Source: Auanema rhodensis
Lineage: Eukaryota > Animalia > Nematoda
Direction: 5' to 3'
DNA length: 64,000 nucleotides
Assembly: GCA_964057225.1 (NCBI GenBank)
Contig: OZ059895.1
Span: 16,988,001-17,052,000, forward strand
Shown here: piece after piece, positions 38,810 through 50,863 of the stretch
Layout of the letters: each line of letters begins with the position of its first letter
Position numbering within the stretch: the first letter of the stretch is position 1
Notes under the pieces: generated by a model
The model's input: the letters and a program-made list of their open reading frames with translations, nothing else
Database searches by the model: none
Told to the model about the DNA's origin: nothing
Translations under genes and position numbers: made by a program

Positions 38810-38881
38810 GGGGATATAGCTCAGTGGTAGAGCGCTCCCTTAGCATGGGAGAGGGCTGGGGTTCAATTCCCCATATCTCCA
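38810..38881 (+). tRNA. tRNA-Ala(AGC), copy 3
   Basis: Identical 72-nt sequence. Confidence 0.97.
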
Positions 38882-39017
38882 GAACTTTTTAACTTTTGAC
38901 GATTTGATGTTTTTCATTTTTTTAGTTAAACCCATACAAGGTACGTTTCAAATAAAATATCTAAACTGAAACATTGTTAAATCAATGTCTTCAGTCAGGA
39001 TAATTCTGATTTGCAAA

Positions 39018-39114
39018 GCTGTCAGTGATGAGGAACAGAGATGATTCCATGTGAGTTAGAGCTAGCGATACTGCGGGACCGCAACTCCTGTCAGCTTATC
39101 ATAGCTGAGGCAGC
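39018..39114 (+). ncRNA. Candidate box C/D snoRNA, copy 2
   Basis: Identical to copy 1. Confidence 0.4.
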
Positions 39115-39260
39115 AACTTCCTTTAATCGAATAAAAACTTTTCTGGGTTATTAAGTGTTTCCATAACAAGCGGACCATTCGAGATATTCGATGATAATAA
39201 GAAATTTGAAGAAATCAGTTTTCTCCGGGGAAAGAGAAACTGGAAAATCTGGAATAATGT

Positions 39261-39332
39261 GGGGATATAGCTCAGTGGTAGAGCGCTCCCTTAGCATGGG
39301 AGAGGGCTGGGGTTCAATTCCCCATATCTCCA
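39261..39332 (+). tRNA. tRNA-Ala(AGC), copy 4
   Basis: Identical 72-nt sequence. Confidence 0.97.
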
Positions 39333-39468
39333 GAACTTTTTAACTTTTGACGATTTGATGTTTTTCATTTTTTTAGTTAAACCCATACAAGGTACGTTTC
39401 AAATAAAATATCTAAACTGAAAAGATGTTAAAGCAGTGTCTTCAGTCAGGATAATTCTGATTTGCAAA

Positions 39469-39565
39469 GCTGTCAGTGATGAGGAACAGAGATGATTCCA
39501 TGTGAGTTAGAGCTAGCGATACTGCGGGACCGCAACTCCTGTCAGCTTATCATAGCTGAGGCAGC
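39469..39565 (+). ncRNA. Candidate box C/D snoRNA, copy 3
   Basis: Identical to copy 1. Confidence 0.4.
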
Positions 39566-39710
39566 AACTTCCTATAATCGAATAAGAACTTTTCTGGGTT
39601 ATTAAAGGTTTCTATAACAAGCGGACCATTCGAGATATTCCATGATAATAAGAAATTTGAAGAAATCAGTATTCTCCGGGGAAAGAGAAACTGGAAATTT
39701 GGGATCATGT

Positions 39711-39782
39711 GGGGATATAGCTCAGTGGTAGAGCGCTCCCTTAGCATGGGAGAGGGCTGGGGTTCAATTCCCCATATCTCCA
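39711..39782 (+). tRNA. tRNA-Ala(AGC), copy 5
   Basis: Identical 72-nt sequence. Confidence 0.97.
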
Positions 39783-39919
39783 GAACTTTTTACCATTTCA
39801 TGTTTTTCATTTTTTTCAGTTTTTTAGTGAAACCCATACAAGGTACGTTTCAAATAAAATATCTAAACTGAAAAGATGTTAAATCAGTGTCTTCAGTCAG
39901 GATAATTCTGATTTGCAAA

Positions 39920-40016
39920 GCTGTCCATGATGAGAAACAGAGATGATTCCATGTGAGTTAGAGCTAGCGATACTGCGGGACCGCAACTCCTGTCAGCTTA
40001 TCATAGCTGAGGCAGC
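39920..40016 (+). ncRNA. Candidate box C/D snoRNA, copy 4
   Basis: Variant GCTGTC-C-ATGATGA keeps RTGATGA and the terminal stem. Confidence 0.4.
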
Positions 40017-40154
40017 AACTTCCTTTAATCTAATAAGAACTTTTCTGGGTTATTAAGGGTTTCTATAACAAGCGGACCATTCGAGATATTCCATGATAAT
40101 AAGAAATTTGAAGAAATCAGTTTTCTGCGGGAAAAGAGAAATTAATTGAGATGT

Positions 40155-40226
40155 GGGGATATAGCTCAGTGGTAGAGCGCTCCCTTAGCATGGGAGAGGG
40201 CTGGGGTTCAATTCCCCATATCTCCA
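40155..40226 (+). tRNA. tRNA-Ala(AGC), copy 6
   Basis: Identical 72-nt sequence. Confidence 0.97.
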
Positions 40227-40990
40227 GAAATTTTTTGCTTTCCAAGTCGATAAAGCTTTAAGTCTGATTTTCTTATTTTTCGATACACGCGTGTAAACTT
40301 GATGTGTGAACTGTATTTTGACTGATTAGCATAATTCACGTGTACTTTCTACTCACGTCAATTTGTTATATTTCGAACTCTTATCCACGTGTGCGGTTGC
40401 ATTTCTTCAATTTCAACAAATAATTTTTAACAGAATCTATTACTTTTCTCTTCTTTATATAACTTTTTAATTTTTCCACTTCGTATTCTTGATTCTCTGA
40501 TTTGGACCATAACAAAAAAGATTCTGAAGATGCGGGGAATTAAAACCTATTACTTATAGAATGTTTTCATTTTCGATAATTAAGACAATGCAATTTATTA
40601 TCAGCTAAATCTGAAATGCGTTTGTCTAATTTAAACTATGACGTTTAATGAAAAGAATTTCAAGTAATTTATTTGATGAAACAACAATAGAACCCAAAAA
40701 TAACAGAGGATTCCGGGCTTTTGTAAACTAATTAGTTGATGTCTACAAGCGAGATGCAACGCTTATCGCTGCTATATCGTTTTTTTTTGTTTTCGTCATA
40801 GATGTCAATGATGCTAATGTTCCAGATGAGCAAGTAGTCACGAACCGGAAACTAGTTGACAGTTTAGCGCTTTATGTGAAAATCTGAAAATGCTATCTGC
40901 TACTGCCATCTTTTCTATAACTATCTGTGAATTTGTACTGGTTTCATACGGATCATCAGCTATTTTCATCTCAGTTTAGCACTCTAGCGC

Positions 40991-40997
40991 TATATAA
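40991..40997 (+). promoter_or_regulatory. TATA box of the collagen gene
   Basis: TATATAA ~60 bp upstream of the ATG at 41053. Confidence 0.55.
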
Positions 40998-41052
40998 GGA
41001 GGAAACCAACAAATGAGAAGCACAGTCAACTTCGGCTTTCCAGTCAAGCAGC

Positions 41053-42161
41053 ATGACTGTAGATGATATTGACGTTCGGATCAAAGTGAGCTATCATATT
41101 CAATTTGCTTTTTCATAATCGTTTTAGGCTTTTCGATATGTAGCAACAGCTTCATCCATCTTCTGCGTGGTAGCTGTATTATCCATCTGTGCTACAATTC
41201 CTATGGTTTATGAATATGAACATGAGGTTAAGCAGAGAATTCTTCAACAGTCTGACTACTGCTCTGTAAGTTTCATTCACAATGCTGTTTTTCATCTTCC
41301 AGTTCGATTTAGAAATCTGTTCAAGAAATTTATTCTGAAATGACTGCTATTAATCATTTGGCTTTGAATCGTACTGCTCGTTCTGTCCGAGTTAATCGTC
41401 AGTACAATCAAGCTGCTCCTGCTGGTGGTGCTGCCGGTGGTGCTGCTGGTGGTGCTGCTGGTGGCGGAGGATCTTACTCTGAAGGAGGTGCTTCACAACA
41501 ACGTAAATATTATATTTGATTTGTGTCTTTATTTTTTCATTTTGTTTCAGAAACTGGATGTAGCCCAGGACCACCAGGTCCAGGAGGACGTCCAGGAAAA
41601 CCAGGAAAGCCTGGACGACCAGGAGCTCCAGGAGCCCCAGGTGCACCAGGAAAGCCAGAAGCCCCACCATGTGCTCCAGTTACTCCACCACCTTGCCAAC
41701 CATGCCCTGCTGGACCACCAGGACCACCAGGACCACCAGGACCTAACGGAAATGATGGACCACCAGGATCTGCTGGAGCCCCCGGATCTGCTCCAGAAGC
41801 AGGTCAACCAGGACCTCCAGGACCACCAGGACCAGCTGGAAATGACGGAGCTCCAGGATCAGCAGGACCACCAGGACCAGCCGGAGAAACCGGATACTCA
41901 GAGCCAGGACAGCCAGGACCCCCAGGACCACCAGGACCACCAGGAGGACCAGGATCAGATGGAAAAGGTGGTGACCAACTCGGACCCGGACCAGCTGGAC
42001 CACCAGGACCTCCAGGACCACCTGGACAACCTGGAAGCGACGGAAACCCAGGACCTGCTGGACAGGCTGGACCATCCGGAGAACAAGGAGAGAAGGGTAC
42101 CTGCCCCAAATACTGCGCCCTGGACGGCGGAGTCTTCTTCGAAGACGGAACCAGACGCTAA
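41053..42161 (+). CDS. Nematode cuticle collagen
   Basis: Col_cuticle_N region ([30 protein letters not shown]), furin-type sites RTAR/RVNR, Gly-X-Y blocks interrupted by [14 protein letters not shown]-terminus [19 protein letters not shown]; 4 exons. Confidence 0.97.
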
Positions 42162-43497
42162 ATTGGTTCAATTACTACAGAGAACTAGCGAAAATAAACA
42201 ATTTTTTCTTCTTTGTCTATTCATTTTCCTACACTTGAACACTTATTTCATTGCAAAACTGGGTTTTAACAAGTATGAAGTAGTACAAACTTCAGACAGA
42301 CATAGATCCGCATATAGATGAAGCTTTTCCGAAGTTGGATGAAAGAAAATGAAAAATAAGTTTTTACTTTGGATGATTTCTCTTGCTTGACTGCTAATAT
42401 GAGTATATATTGAACCGAAATAATTAAAAATAGCACTAAAATCTACTTCCTTTTGCTATATAGTCTATTTTTCTCTCTTTTTTCCATTTCTTTATTACTT
42501 TAAACATATTTTATTTAATTCTTTTTCAGATTTTATGCCGTAAACACTATATATACTTTAGAAAATTTGCACATATATTATAGTTATGATGAAAGAAAAT
42601 GTTTCTGTTTCTCTCACGACAACGACAGTTACATACACCGATTGTGAATAGATGTAGTATATCTTCATGTTCAAAATTATATTCTACATATCTACATGAT
42701 TGAATAAATAAGAAAGAAAATATGAAAATTCATGAAAAATATATTGATATACTGAATAGATTAATGATATTCATTATTTGAGATTCAGCACCAGCACCAG
42801 CAGCAGTAGCAGTAGCAGTAGCAGTAGCAACAGCAGTCGAAAAAAAAAGAAAAATAAGCAGACGTCTGTACATGTTTTTATGTTTTTTACCTCCAAAACA
42901 TCAATTACACAATAGCCATTTCTCTTTTTTTTTCTTGTATTTCTTTGAATTTCTCTTTTTTTTTTCTTCTTTTAAATTGTATTGCATTGAAAATAAACTA
43001 AAAATCAAATAACTATAACATATAGTAAAATAGTATTTACATGTATCTATATGTATCTATGTATATATTTATAATAAAATATATTAAATATAATTTTAAA
43101 ATAAATAAAAATATCATAAAACGGTCTATTTTAACAACAGATTTATTGTCTGATTTTCAGGAAAAAAAATAAGAAATAATGTATAGTGTCTGCGTCTCTG
43201 TCTCTGAGTTAACTTTTTTTTTTCAAAATTTTATTAGATGTCATCGAATTTTTTTCTGTTTTTTTGATCTTCTTCAGGAAAAAAAAAGAAAAAAACGAAT
43301 GTTGTGTGCGTGTGTGTGCATGTATGTATGTCCACTCCCCCGTTAAGTTTTTGTTTTTGTTTATCAAGAGATGTGTGTGTGTGTGTGAGTGTGAATGTGA
43401 GTGTGAGTGTGTTTGTGGTGTTTTGGGTTTGCTGTCATATTCTGATGAGATATTACATTGACGATGTCAATGTTCTTCAGATGAACATATATAGTCA

Positions 43498-45045
43498 TCA
43501 GAGTTGATCCGGCAAAGAGATCTGTACAATTTGGTTTGGTTCCATCTGCCCCATGTAGACGGTTCCATCATCTGATACAGCTAAAGCATGTACATTCTCG
43601 ATTCCCTGCAAAAAAAAGCAACAAGTAAACAATATTATAATGTCTTTTTAAATAATAATAATTATTATTTTTTGAATATTTGTATATCCAAATATAGTAA
43701 TACTTACCTCGACGAATGTATTGGCCTTGCCAGTATTCATGTCCATAACGAAAAGTTGTGGCTCAACTGGCCCATTTCCGTTGCCAGTAACTCCAACCAA
43801 GTAATGCTCTAAAAAAACAAAAATAAATAAAAAAAATTGTTTGTAAAGCGTTTTGTAAAGAGTTTGCTTAGCTCTCTGTTTTTCGAGTTTTCGGGTTTTC
43901 GCAGTCAATCTTCCATATCCGTAGCATGTTTCAAATTTCGTCCTCATCTCTCTCACCCTCCCCCCACGTCAACCCCCACCCCTCCCTTGTTTCAAAACAA
44001 CGTCGTTGAAAACAGAGTATTCAAACTTCGTTATTCATTTTTTGCATAAAAAAGGGAAACGAAGCAGAAAAAGGATTGAATTCATGACAATTTGTAGTTT
44101 CTAATCCTTTCATTAACAATAGTCTGGACGATTTTATGAATTCTTTTCAAATATCCATTTTCGTTCTCTGCTCTTTCACAGGGTACAAGTTTGGTCGACA
44201 ACGAAAAACATAAATGTCATCATCATCAGCATCATCATCACCTCGTCGTCGTCGTCACAAGACCCGTATACACAGATACACAGACAGACACACAGAGTGA
44301 TTTTCCTTGTGAGATAACACTTTTTACATATACATTTAGCAAGTATATAAGTATATATTCTATGTATATAGTAAGAAGTATAAGAATTTTCCTAATTATA
44401 ACATCAACAACATAGCGAAAACTAACTCTTCTCTCGAATTGCAAATACACGTCCGATGTCGTCAGCACTAGTGATAGGAATTCCGGTTGGAATGGTGCGA
44501 TGTCCCTCAGCTAAGCCAGCAGAATAACATTGAACACGTTCATTTTCTCTAAAAACAATCTCTTGTATTCAGCTATTATGATTGAAGTCGATTATAAGCT
44601 TTTCGTTTTCGAGCTATATCTTCGAACATCTTAATTGAAACTAAAAAATTATCTTCGAAACATATGATGAGATCAATATAAGATCTAAGTTTGTTCCAAT
44701 AATATGCTTTTATGAAAATAAAGTTTTTAGATGTCGAAAAACAAACCTGTCAGCTACGCAGATCATATTCATATCCTCGATGAGAGCAAGTGAATGGGGA
44801 ATAAGGAAATCACTTGGTTCAGCTTCATCAGCAACTATAACCAAACTAATTAATTTCATTTTTCTCAGTTAATTTTTTTGAGTTATTTTATATGTTTTTC
44901 AGTTTTTTTATACTACGCGTTTTAGAGAAAAGGAGAAAAAAAAGAGGATGAAATACCAGGAACAATTTTTCCAAAAACAGCAAACATACATACATGTATG
45001 CATTCATCTATGGGTGCTCTCTGTTTTTGAGTGAAACCTTTTCTC

Positions 45046-45102
<57 letters not shown>

Positions 45103-46418
45103 TTCTCTTTCTTTTTGTCTCTTTTTTCATTTTCGATTTTGTTCTAAATCGTCATCTTCTAATTTCATCTCATACTCCCACTCTCGTTGTCCCTGCTAAT
45201 CAGTATTCAATTCACATCAACAAGAGTTGTACATGTTGATGAACAGCTTTTGACTTCAGATTTTGAATATCATACTCGTGCACGTCGTCGTCACGGAAAC
45301 GACATGTGAATACAACGAATAGTTTATAACTAATATGAATTATATATGCAGAAATATTAAACTTTGCATGTTATGATATCATGATATAAAAAGTTTTTAT
45401 AGATAACAAACACACCAGCTGCTGCTCCAAATTCATCAACCAATTTGCCCTGAGGGTTGAATTTCATTACTCGGCTATTACAGTATCCGTCGGCAACAAA
45501 GAAGAAGCCGTTCTTAGCTACAGCAATGTCTGTTGGCTTACAGAAGTGCTTGGCATCAGAGCCAGGAACCAACTTCTCTCCCAATGTCATAACATTCTTG
45601 AAGTTGGAGTCCAATTTATGAACCTGAATAGCAGTACGAAATGCTGTATTCCTTGAATAGTATGAGTGTACCTGATGGCTTCCGACATCTGTCACCCAGT
45701 AATTGCCCAGATCATCAATTGTCAATCCATGTGGCAAGTAGAATTGGTTGTCACCATGTTCAGCTACTACCTAGAAAGCCATGTGTAAGCTGTCAAAGTT
45801 GAGCTTTGAAGTCAAATTATAATTAAGAATATTTGTTGAATGAACACTTAGAAAAGTTTAAAATAAAATATTTTAAAGAAATTATATAAGTCTTACTTGT
45901 CCATTGGCTGGGTTAATCACAGCGATTGTAGCATTAGGAATTAATCCAAGCTTATGGTTGAAGACATTCTTCTCATTAAAACTTCTGAAACATGAAAATG
46001 CTATTTCTCTTCCAACATTGGAACAAAAAAAATAATTTTTCTATTCGTTTTCTCCCTTCAAAACATAAAATTTGAAACATCAAAAAAATAATTTACTGTT
46101 CATCCCAGACACGATCAGCACGATGGAATGCAACAACGTTTCCCTTCTGGTCGACTGCTAATCCAACAATGTTTCCCAAAGGTTTCGAAAGTGGAAGGAT
46201 AGAAGCCTGAAATAATTATTTTTAATTCATTTATACTCAAATAGAAAAAAAAACATTTTATATTTACAAATAATTTATAAGAAATTCTAGGAAAGAACAA
46301 TTTCTCAGGATCATTGCTTTGTGTGCTAATTATTCTGACAATTAAGCTTGTTTTCTTCTTTTTATTGTAGACTAAAACTCACACAAGATGTTTCCAACAA
46401 CACCGTTCTCTCTATATT

Positions 46419-46485
<67 letters not shown>

Positions 46486-47621
46486 CTCTCTTTCTCTGGC
46501 TCATTCCCTCCCTCCTCTCTATATATTTTTTTGTTTCATGGATGAGTATAAATGGTTGGTAACTGTAAATAGCTTTCAATATTGTTGACATCAAGCATAT
46601 AAGGTTTCTATTCTCTTTCTTTTCAAGACCTATAATTTTTTTTGTTGAAAAGACTCCAGCACCTTCTCTTTTCTTATTTTCCGTCTTTCTGCCCTTCTTC
46701 ACTTTAAGCTCTTTTAGTATTCTCACCTCCTCACTTTCTTTTTATCCCTCTCTTCTACAAATCATTTCTCTCATCAATTTTGGCTCTTTTGGGTTCCGGA
46801 CGTAAAAAGTGAGCCTTAATGTTTATTCATGAGCATGAGTATTGACGATGACATCCACGAAAAGAGGAATATATGTATTCGTGGATGGTTCACTGAAAGC
46901 CGTTTGACGTCATCCGAAGGCTTTCACGGAAATTGAGAGGCGGTGGCTGAAGCTGAAGCATGCGGCATTCAGTAGCATGATAGAAGAAACACGAAACTTA
47001 ATATGGCAAGTAGAGCAACTTGATCTTATTTTCCAAGAAACTAAACGAAGCAAGGAGAGCATGTCTGATTTCATAGCTGTTTTGTCGATTAAGAAATCAT
47101 ATTGCAAATTATCTTTTCTCTTTCAAATATGAAAATAATTGTGTTTTTCGCAGAAAAAAAACTTGTAATTCACATATATTTTGTTGAAAAAAAAAAGAAG
47201 TAAATGGTATAGTATTCACTGCTAATTATTTAGAAAATAACGACTAGTGATGAAAAAAAAGGAAAAAGCATTGATTCTAATATCATAGAATTGATATGAT
47301 TATCATTCCACTTAAATTAATTTTAAAAAGTTTTTTTGATGATGCTGCGACGATGTTCATAAAACCCCAAAATGTATGAGAAAATGAAGAATAAAGGAGG
47401 GAACCAACGAAAGATATTGAAAGCAACAGAGAGGAAAAAGGAAATGAAAAAAAGATTAAAAGAGGAAAAGGGGGGAAGGTTCAGCGAAATGGTTGTATTG
47501 GGAAAGCATAAGGTTAGGAAGGAGTTCTTGGATTCATAAGCCAATTTCCGGATTATAATCGAAAAAAGCCAAAAAAAAAGGAGCAGACGAAGAAGGAAAG
47601 CTTCATATGCAGATGTAATCC

Positions 47622-47692
<71 letters not shown>

Positions 47693-47940
47693 TCTCTCTT
47701 TTTTTTAAAAATTGTATTATTATAAAAAGAAATGTATATAAATAGATAGTTAAAAGAAGAAACATTTAATTAAATATGTTATTATTCAAAAACTCCAAAT
47801 TAATGTTTACATACACACACACACACACATATAGATATTGGAAAAAGAAATATATATTATTTTGTTTATGGTTTATGCATATATATATATATAGAAAATT
47901 TATATGTACATTTATGTTTCTATGATAACAGTTTTGAGAA

Positions 47941-48001
<61 letters not shown>

Positions 48002-48157
48002 AAAGAGAGGTCGATTGTAGGTGTGAAACTATGAACTGTGAAAGAATAAAAAAGAAAAAAGGACAAAATAACTAAACACTAAAAGAGAAAAATAGCAAAA
48101 ACATTTTCAACTTAGAATCATAAGCACCTTTTGAATTATTTAGGAACTGAGAGAAAA

Positions 48158-48218
<61 letters not shown>

Positions 48219-48714
48219 TGGGGTAGTAGTAAAGACAATGGAATAAGATGGGCTTCATGGGGAGAGCAAAACGTTGATTAGCTTTTTTAAATATTTGAAA
48301 GTTCATATGAAACATGACTTCAAATATATTTTTTATTTTTTTTTGAATATAGGATTACCCCCGATCAAATTAATATTTTCAATTACATATATATATAAAG
48401 TGAAACATACAATAGAAAACTGAAATTTTCTTTTCAGTAGCATTTATTTTTTGTTTTTAAACATTTGGCTTAACCAAATGTCATATAGAACAAAAAGCGA
48501 AAAATAGATTATGTGAAAGCCAAATAGTCATAATCTTTGTGAAAATTTCTTCTTTTTTTCAATTCAATATTATTATTTTTATTTTTATTATTATTATTAT
48601 TATATGATAAGATGTGTGAGAAAATAGAAAATCTGTACCTACCTCAGAATCAGCTTGATCTTCTTCCACTTCTACAGGAGCTGGATAATCACTAAATGGA
48701 TCATAAAGCTGTTC
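43498..48714 (-). CDS. pgal-1: Peptidyl-alpha-hydroxyglycine alpha-amidating lyase (NHL repeats); first exon not located
   Basis: Exons encode VAFHRADRVWDE, FYLPHGLTIDDLGNYWVTDVGSHQV, HFCKPTDIAV...ADGYCNSRV, FLIPHSLAL...VADRENERVQC and end ...QISLPDQL* (TGA 43500-43498). Confidence 0.9.
45042..48214. repeat. Cluster of (CT)n/(GA)n microsatellites in pgal-1 introns
   Basis: Runs at ~45042-45095, 46420-46478, 47625-47688, 47953-47999 and 48162-48214. Confidence 0.9.
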
Positions 48715-49384
48715 CTGAAATAGAAAACAAATTAATTTAACTATTTTATATAAAGAAATATGAATATGTATATATACATACATGTATGTGAGAATAGAAT
48801 ACAGTCTCTTCCCTTTTATCTCATGAAAATTCGTTCATAGTTTTACTGATTTCCATATTCTCTCATAATTTTTGAAAAGAGTAATATGATTGGTTACGAG
48901 AACCCGTTAAGAAGAGTATATATTAAAAGAATAGTTCAAATGAAGCTATTCGCTTTCTCTTTGTCTTTATTCTGCTCGAGGGAAAAGCAAGTGAAAATGA
49001 CGTCATGTAGCCTCAGGCGGTGTAAGTGCCGAATAAGGCAAATTAAGTTTCAGCCATAGCTGAGCTACTTCACTTCAAAAAATAATGAATACATATGGTA
49101 ATAACGAAACAAGGAAATTTTATTTTTTACTATAGAATAACAAAAAAAACATTTTCATTTTACATTTCTATCTGATTTACTATGATTTGTGTACAGGACA
49201 CTGTGAGATATGATTAAAATCTTATTTCAAGTTGGTTCTCAACATATTCAAGCATGATATCTAAGTTTAACCTTCTTTATGACATCATGCAATATGTCAA
49301 ATAACTAAAAAAAATTTTGAAGAAACGTCATCCTTTTTAAGTTCTAGCATGGTATTGCTTATAATATGATCACAGCATAGGTTT

Positions 49385-50545
49385 CTAGGCTGGATTATAA
49401 CTACATGTGCACATATGTAGATCGGTATCATCTACAGCTATTATTATCTTACCGGGTAAGGAGCTGGATCTGGGAAGATAGTAGCTTGAATCAAGTGAGG
49501 CCCTGTCAGAAGGGCCAAAAATGGAAACCACAGGACCGAGGATCGCATCTCCAAGTGGCTGGAAATCGATTGCCTCAGGGCTCTGCCATGGAGGCGGCGC
49601 TGAGCTTACATGTGGGCGGAGCTCAAAAGGATATGACGTCATGTCTCTACATAGATATTGTTGAGTTTCTTGAGATGGGTTTAACTTGTTGATGTTTTAC
49701 CTTCCAAAGCCACTAATTCCTAAAATTCGAAACACATGTCTGGCAGAATGCTATCAATTTCATTAAAAGATATTGTATTCAGTAAGAAATCCGTAGATTA
49801 CTAGAAATCTTTTAAAATAAATATAGCAATATTTCGAAATTGAGATTAAAAATATATGAAAAATAGGCTTTCATCCGGAAAATGTATGAAATTTTTCATT
49901 TAAAACTTAATTACTTCAGCTTTTTGTTGACAACTTTTCGAGCCAAAAAGAGAAAGATCATACCATTAAAAATGGTTAAGAGGTTTGAGATCCTTATAGC
50001 AAATTTTTTGAGTATCTATAATTGTTCTCAATAGGCTATCAAGCCTTATATGAAGCCATGGAATTCTTTACTAAGAACTCAAAGAAAAGTGGTTTCATGA
50101 GAATGGATTGGATAGCCAATTTAATAAAATCAGAAGTACATCTGCATACATTACGTCATTTTTAGAAATTACTTCCAGTTGACCAAAAACCAGCTTCAGT
50201 CACCATTTGAAGTAGCTTAGTTAAAATTCAATCATTCGACATCTCCTTTCTTCTCATTCATCGCTCAAAAAGTCACTGGTTGTGACTCTTAATTGGCTAT
50301 ACATAGAGCATAGTTGTAAACTTGAGTTGCTCATTTGAATCCATTCTTGTACTCCAAATAAAATAAATGTAGAAAATATGGCAAAGTATGAAACCGACAA
50401 CTATTTTGGTATGTGGTAATTGAATTGTATTTCTCCTACTTGTGCGATTGAACATCATGGAATGTTCGGATAAGATCGCGCTCTGTGGCCAACTGCGACG
50501 CTCTCCACGCCGCGACCCCCCCTCTCTTCTAAAGTGCTTGCCCAT
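49385..50545 (-). CDS. Possible unidentified spliced gene, or 5' exons of pgal-1
   Basis: GC-richer segments bounded by AG/GT (ELVALE|DMTSYPFELRPH...SSLP; hydrophobic IVGFILCHIFYIYFIW). No unambiguous gene model or family motif. Confidence 0.3.
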
Positions 50546-50863
50546 GCTTGGAGTTTAAACATTTCTGGTTAATATATTAAATAAATTAATGAAAATGCTT
50601 TTTTTCTAACCTTCTTAAATATTTAAATATTAGAAATGTTGTAAACCAACCGCATTGCGCGCATACATTGTTTAAAATGAAATATACTGTACTTCGAATT
50701 GAATGAAGAGCAACAAACAAATTGATTTTTTGCCCATTTTTTCATTTTTCGTATTCTTTTTTTCGATAATTTCAATTGTACGGTTAACTTAAATTTGTTT
50801 TATAGACCTAGTAAGGAAAACGAGTGCTTAGCACTCCTTTTTTGTTTTGTATGCTGGTTAACC

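Larger units (their letters stand above)
38720..40473 (+). repeat. Tandem array of ~450-bp tRNA-Ala units
   Basis: tRNA starts at 38810, 39261, 39711 and 40155 (spacing 451, 450, 444); spacers near-identical. Confidence 0.95.

Noticed and set aside
38720-40473. CRISPR-like reading of the repeat array
   Set aside because: Eukaryotic DNA; the repeats are 72-nt tRNAs with near-identical rather than unique spacers; no cas genes.
41392-42321. Long alternative-frame and antisense ORFs over the collagen (298 aa DHQ-rich, 142 aa, 101 aa)
   Set aside because: By-products of GGA-CCA-CCA codon repetition in the Gly-X-Y region.
46805-46820. Telomerase RNA template in the intronic structured island (also GCCTAGTAAGCC at ~63678)
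   Set aside because: Neither contains a 1.5-repeat complement of TTAGGC; no telomeric arrays or recognisable DNA-elimination motif were seen in the window.
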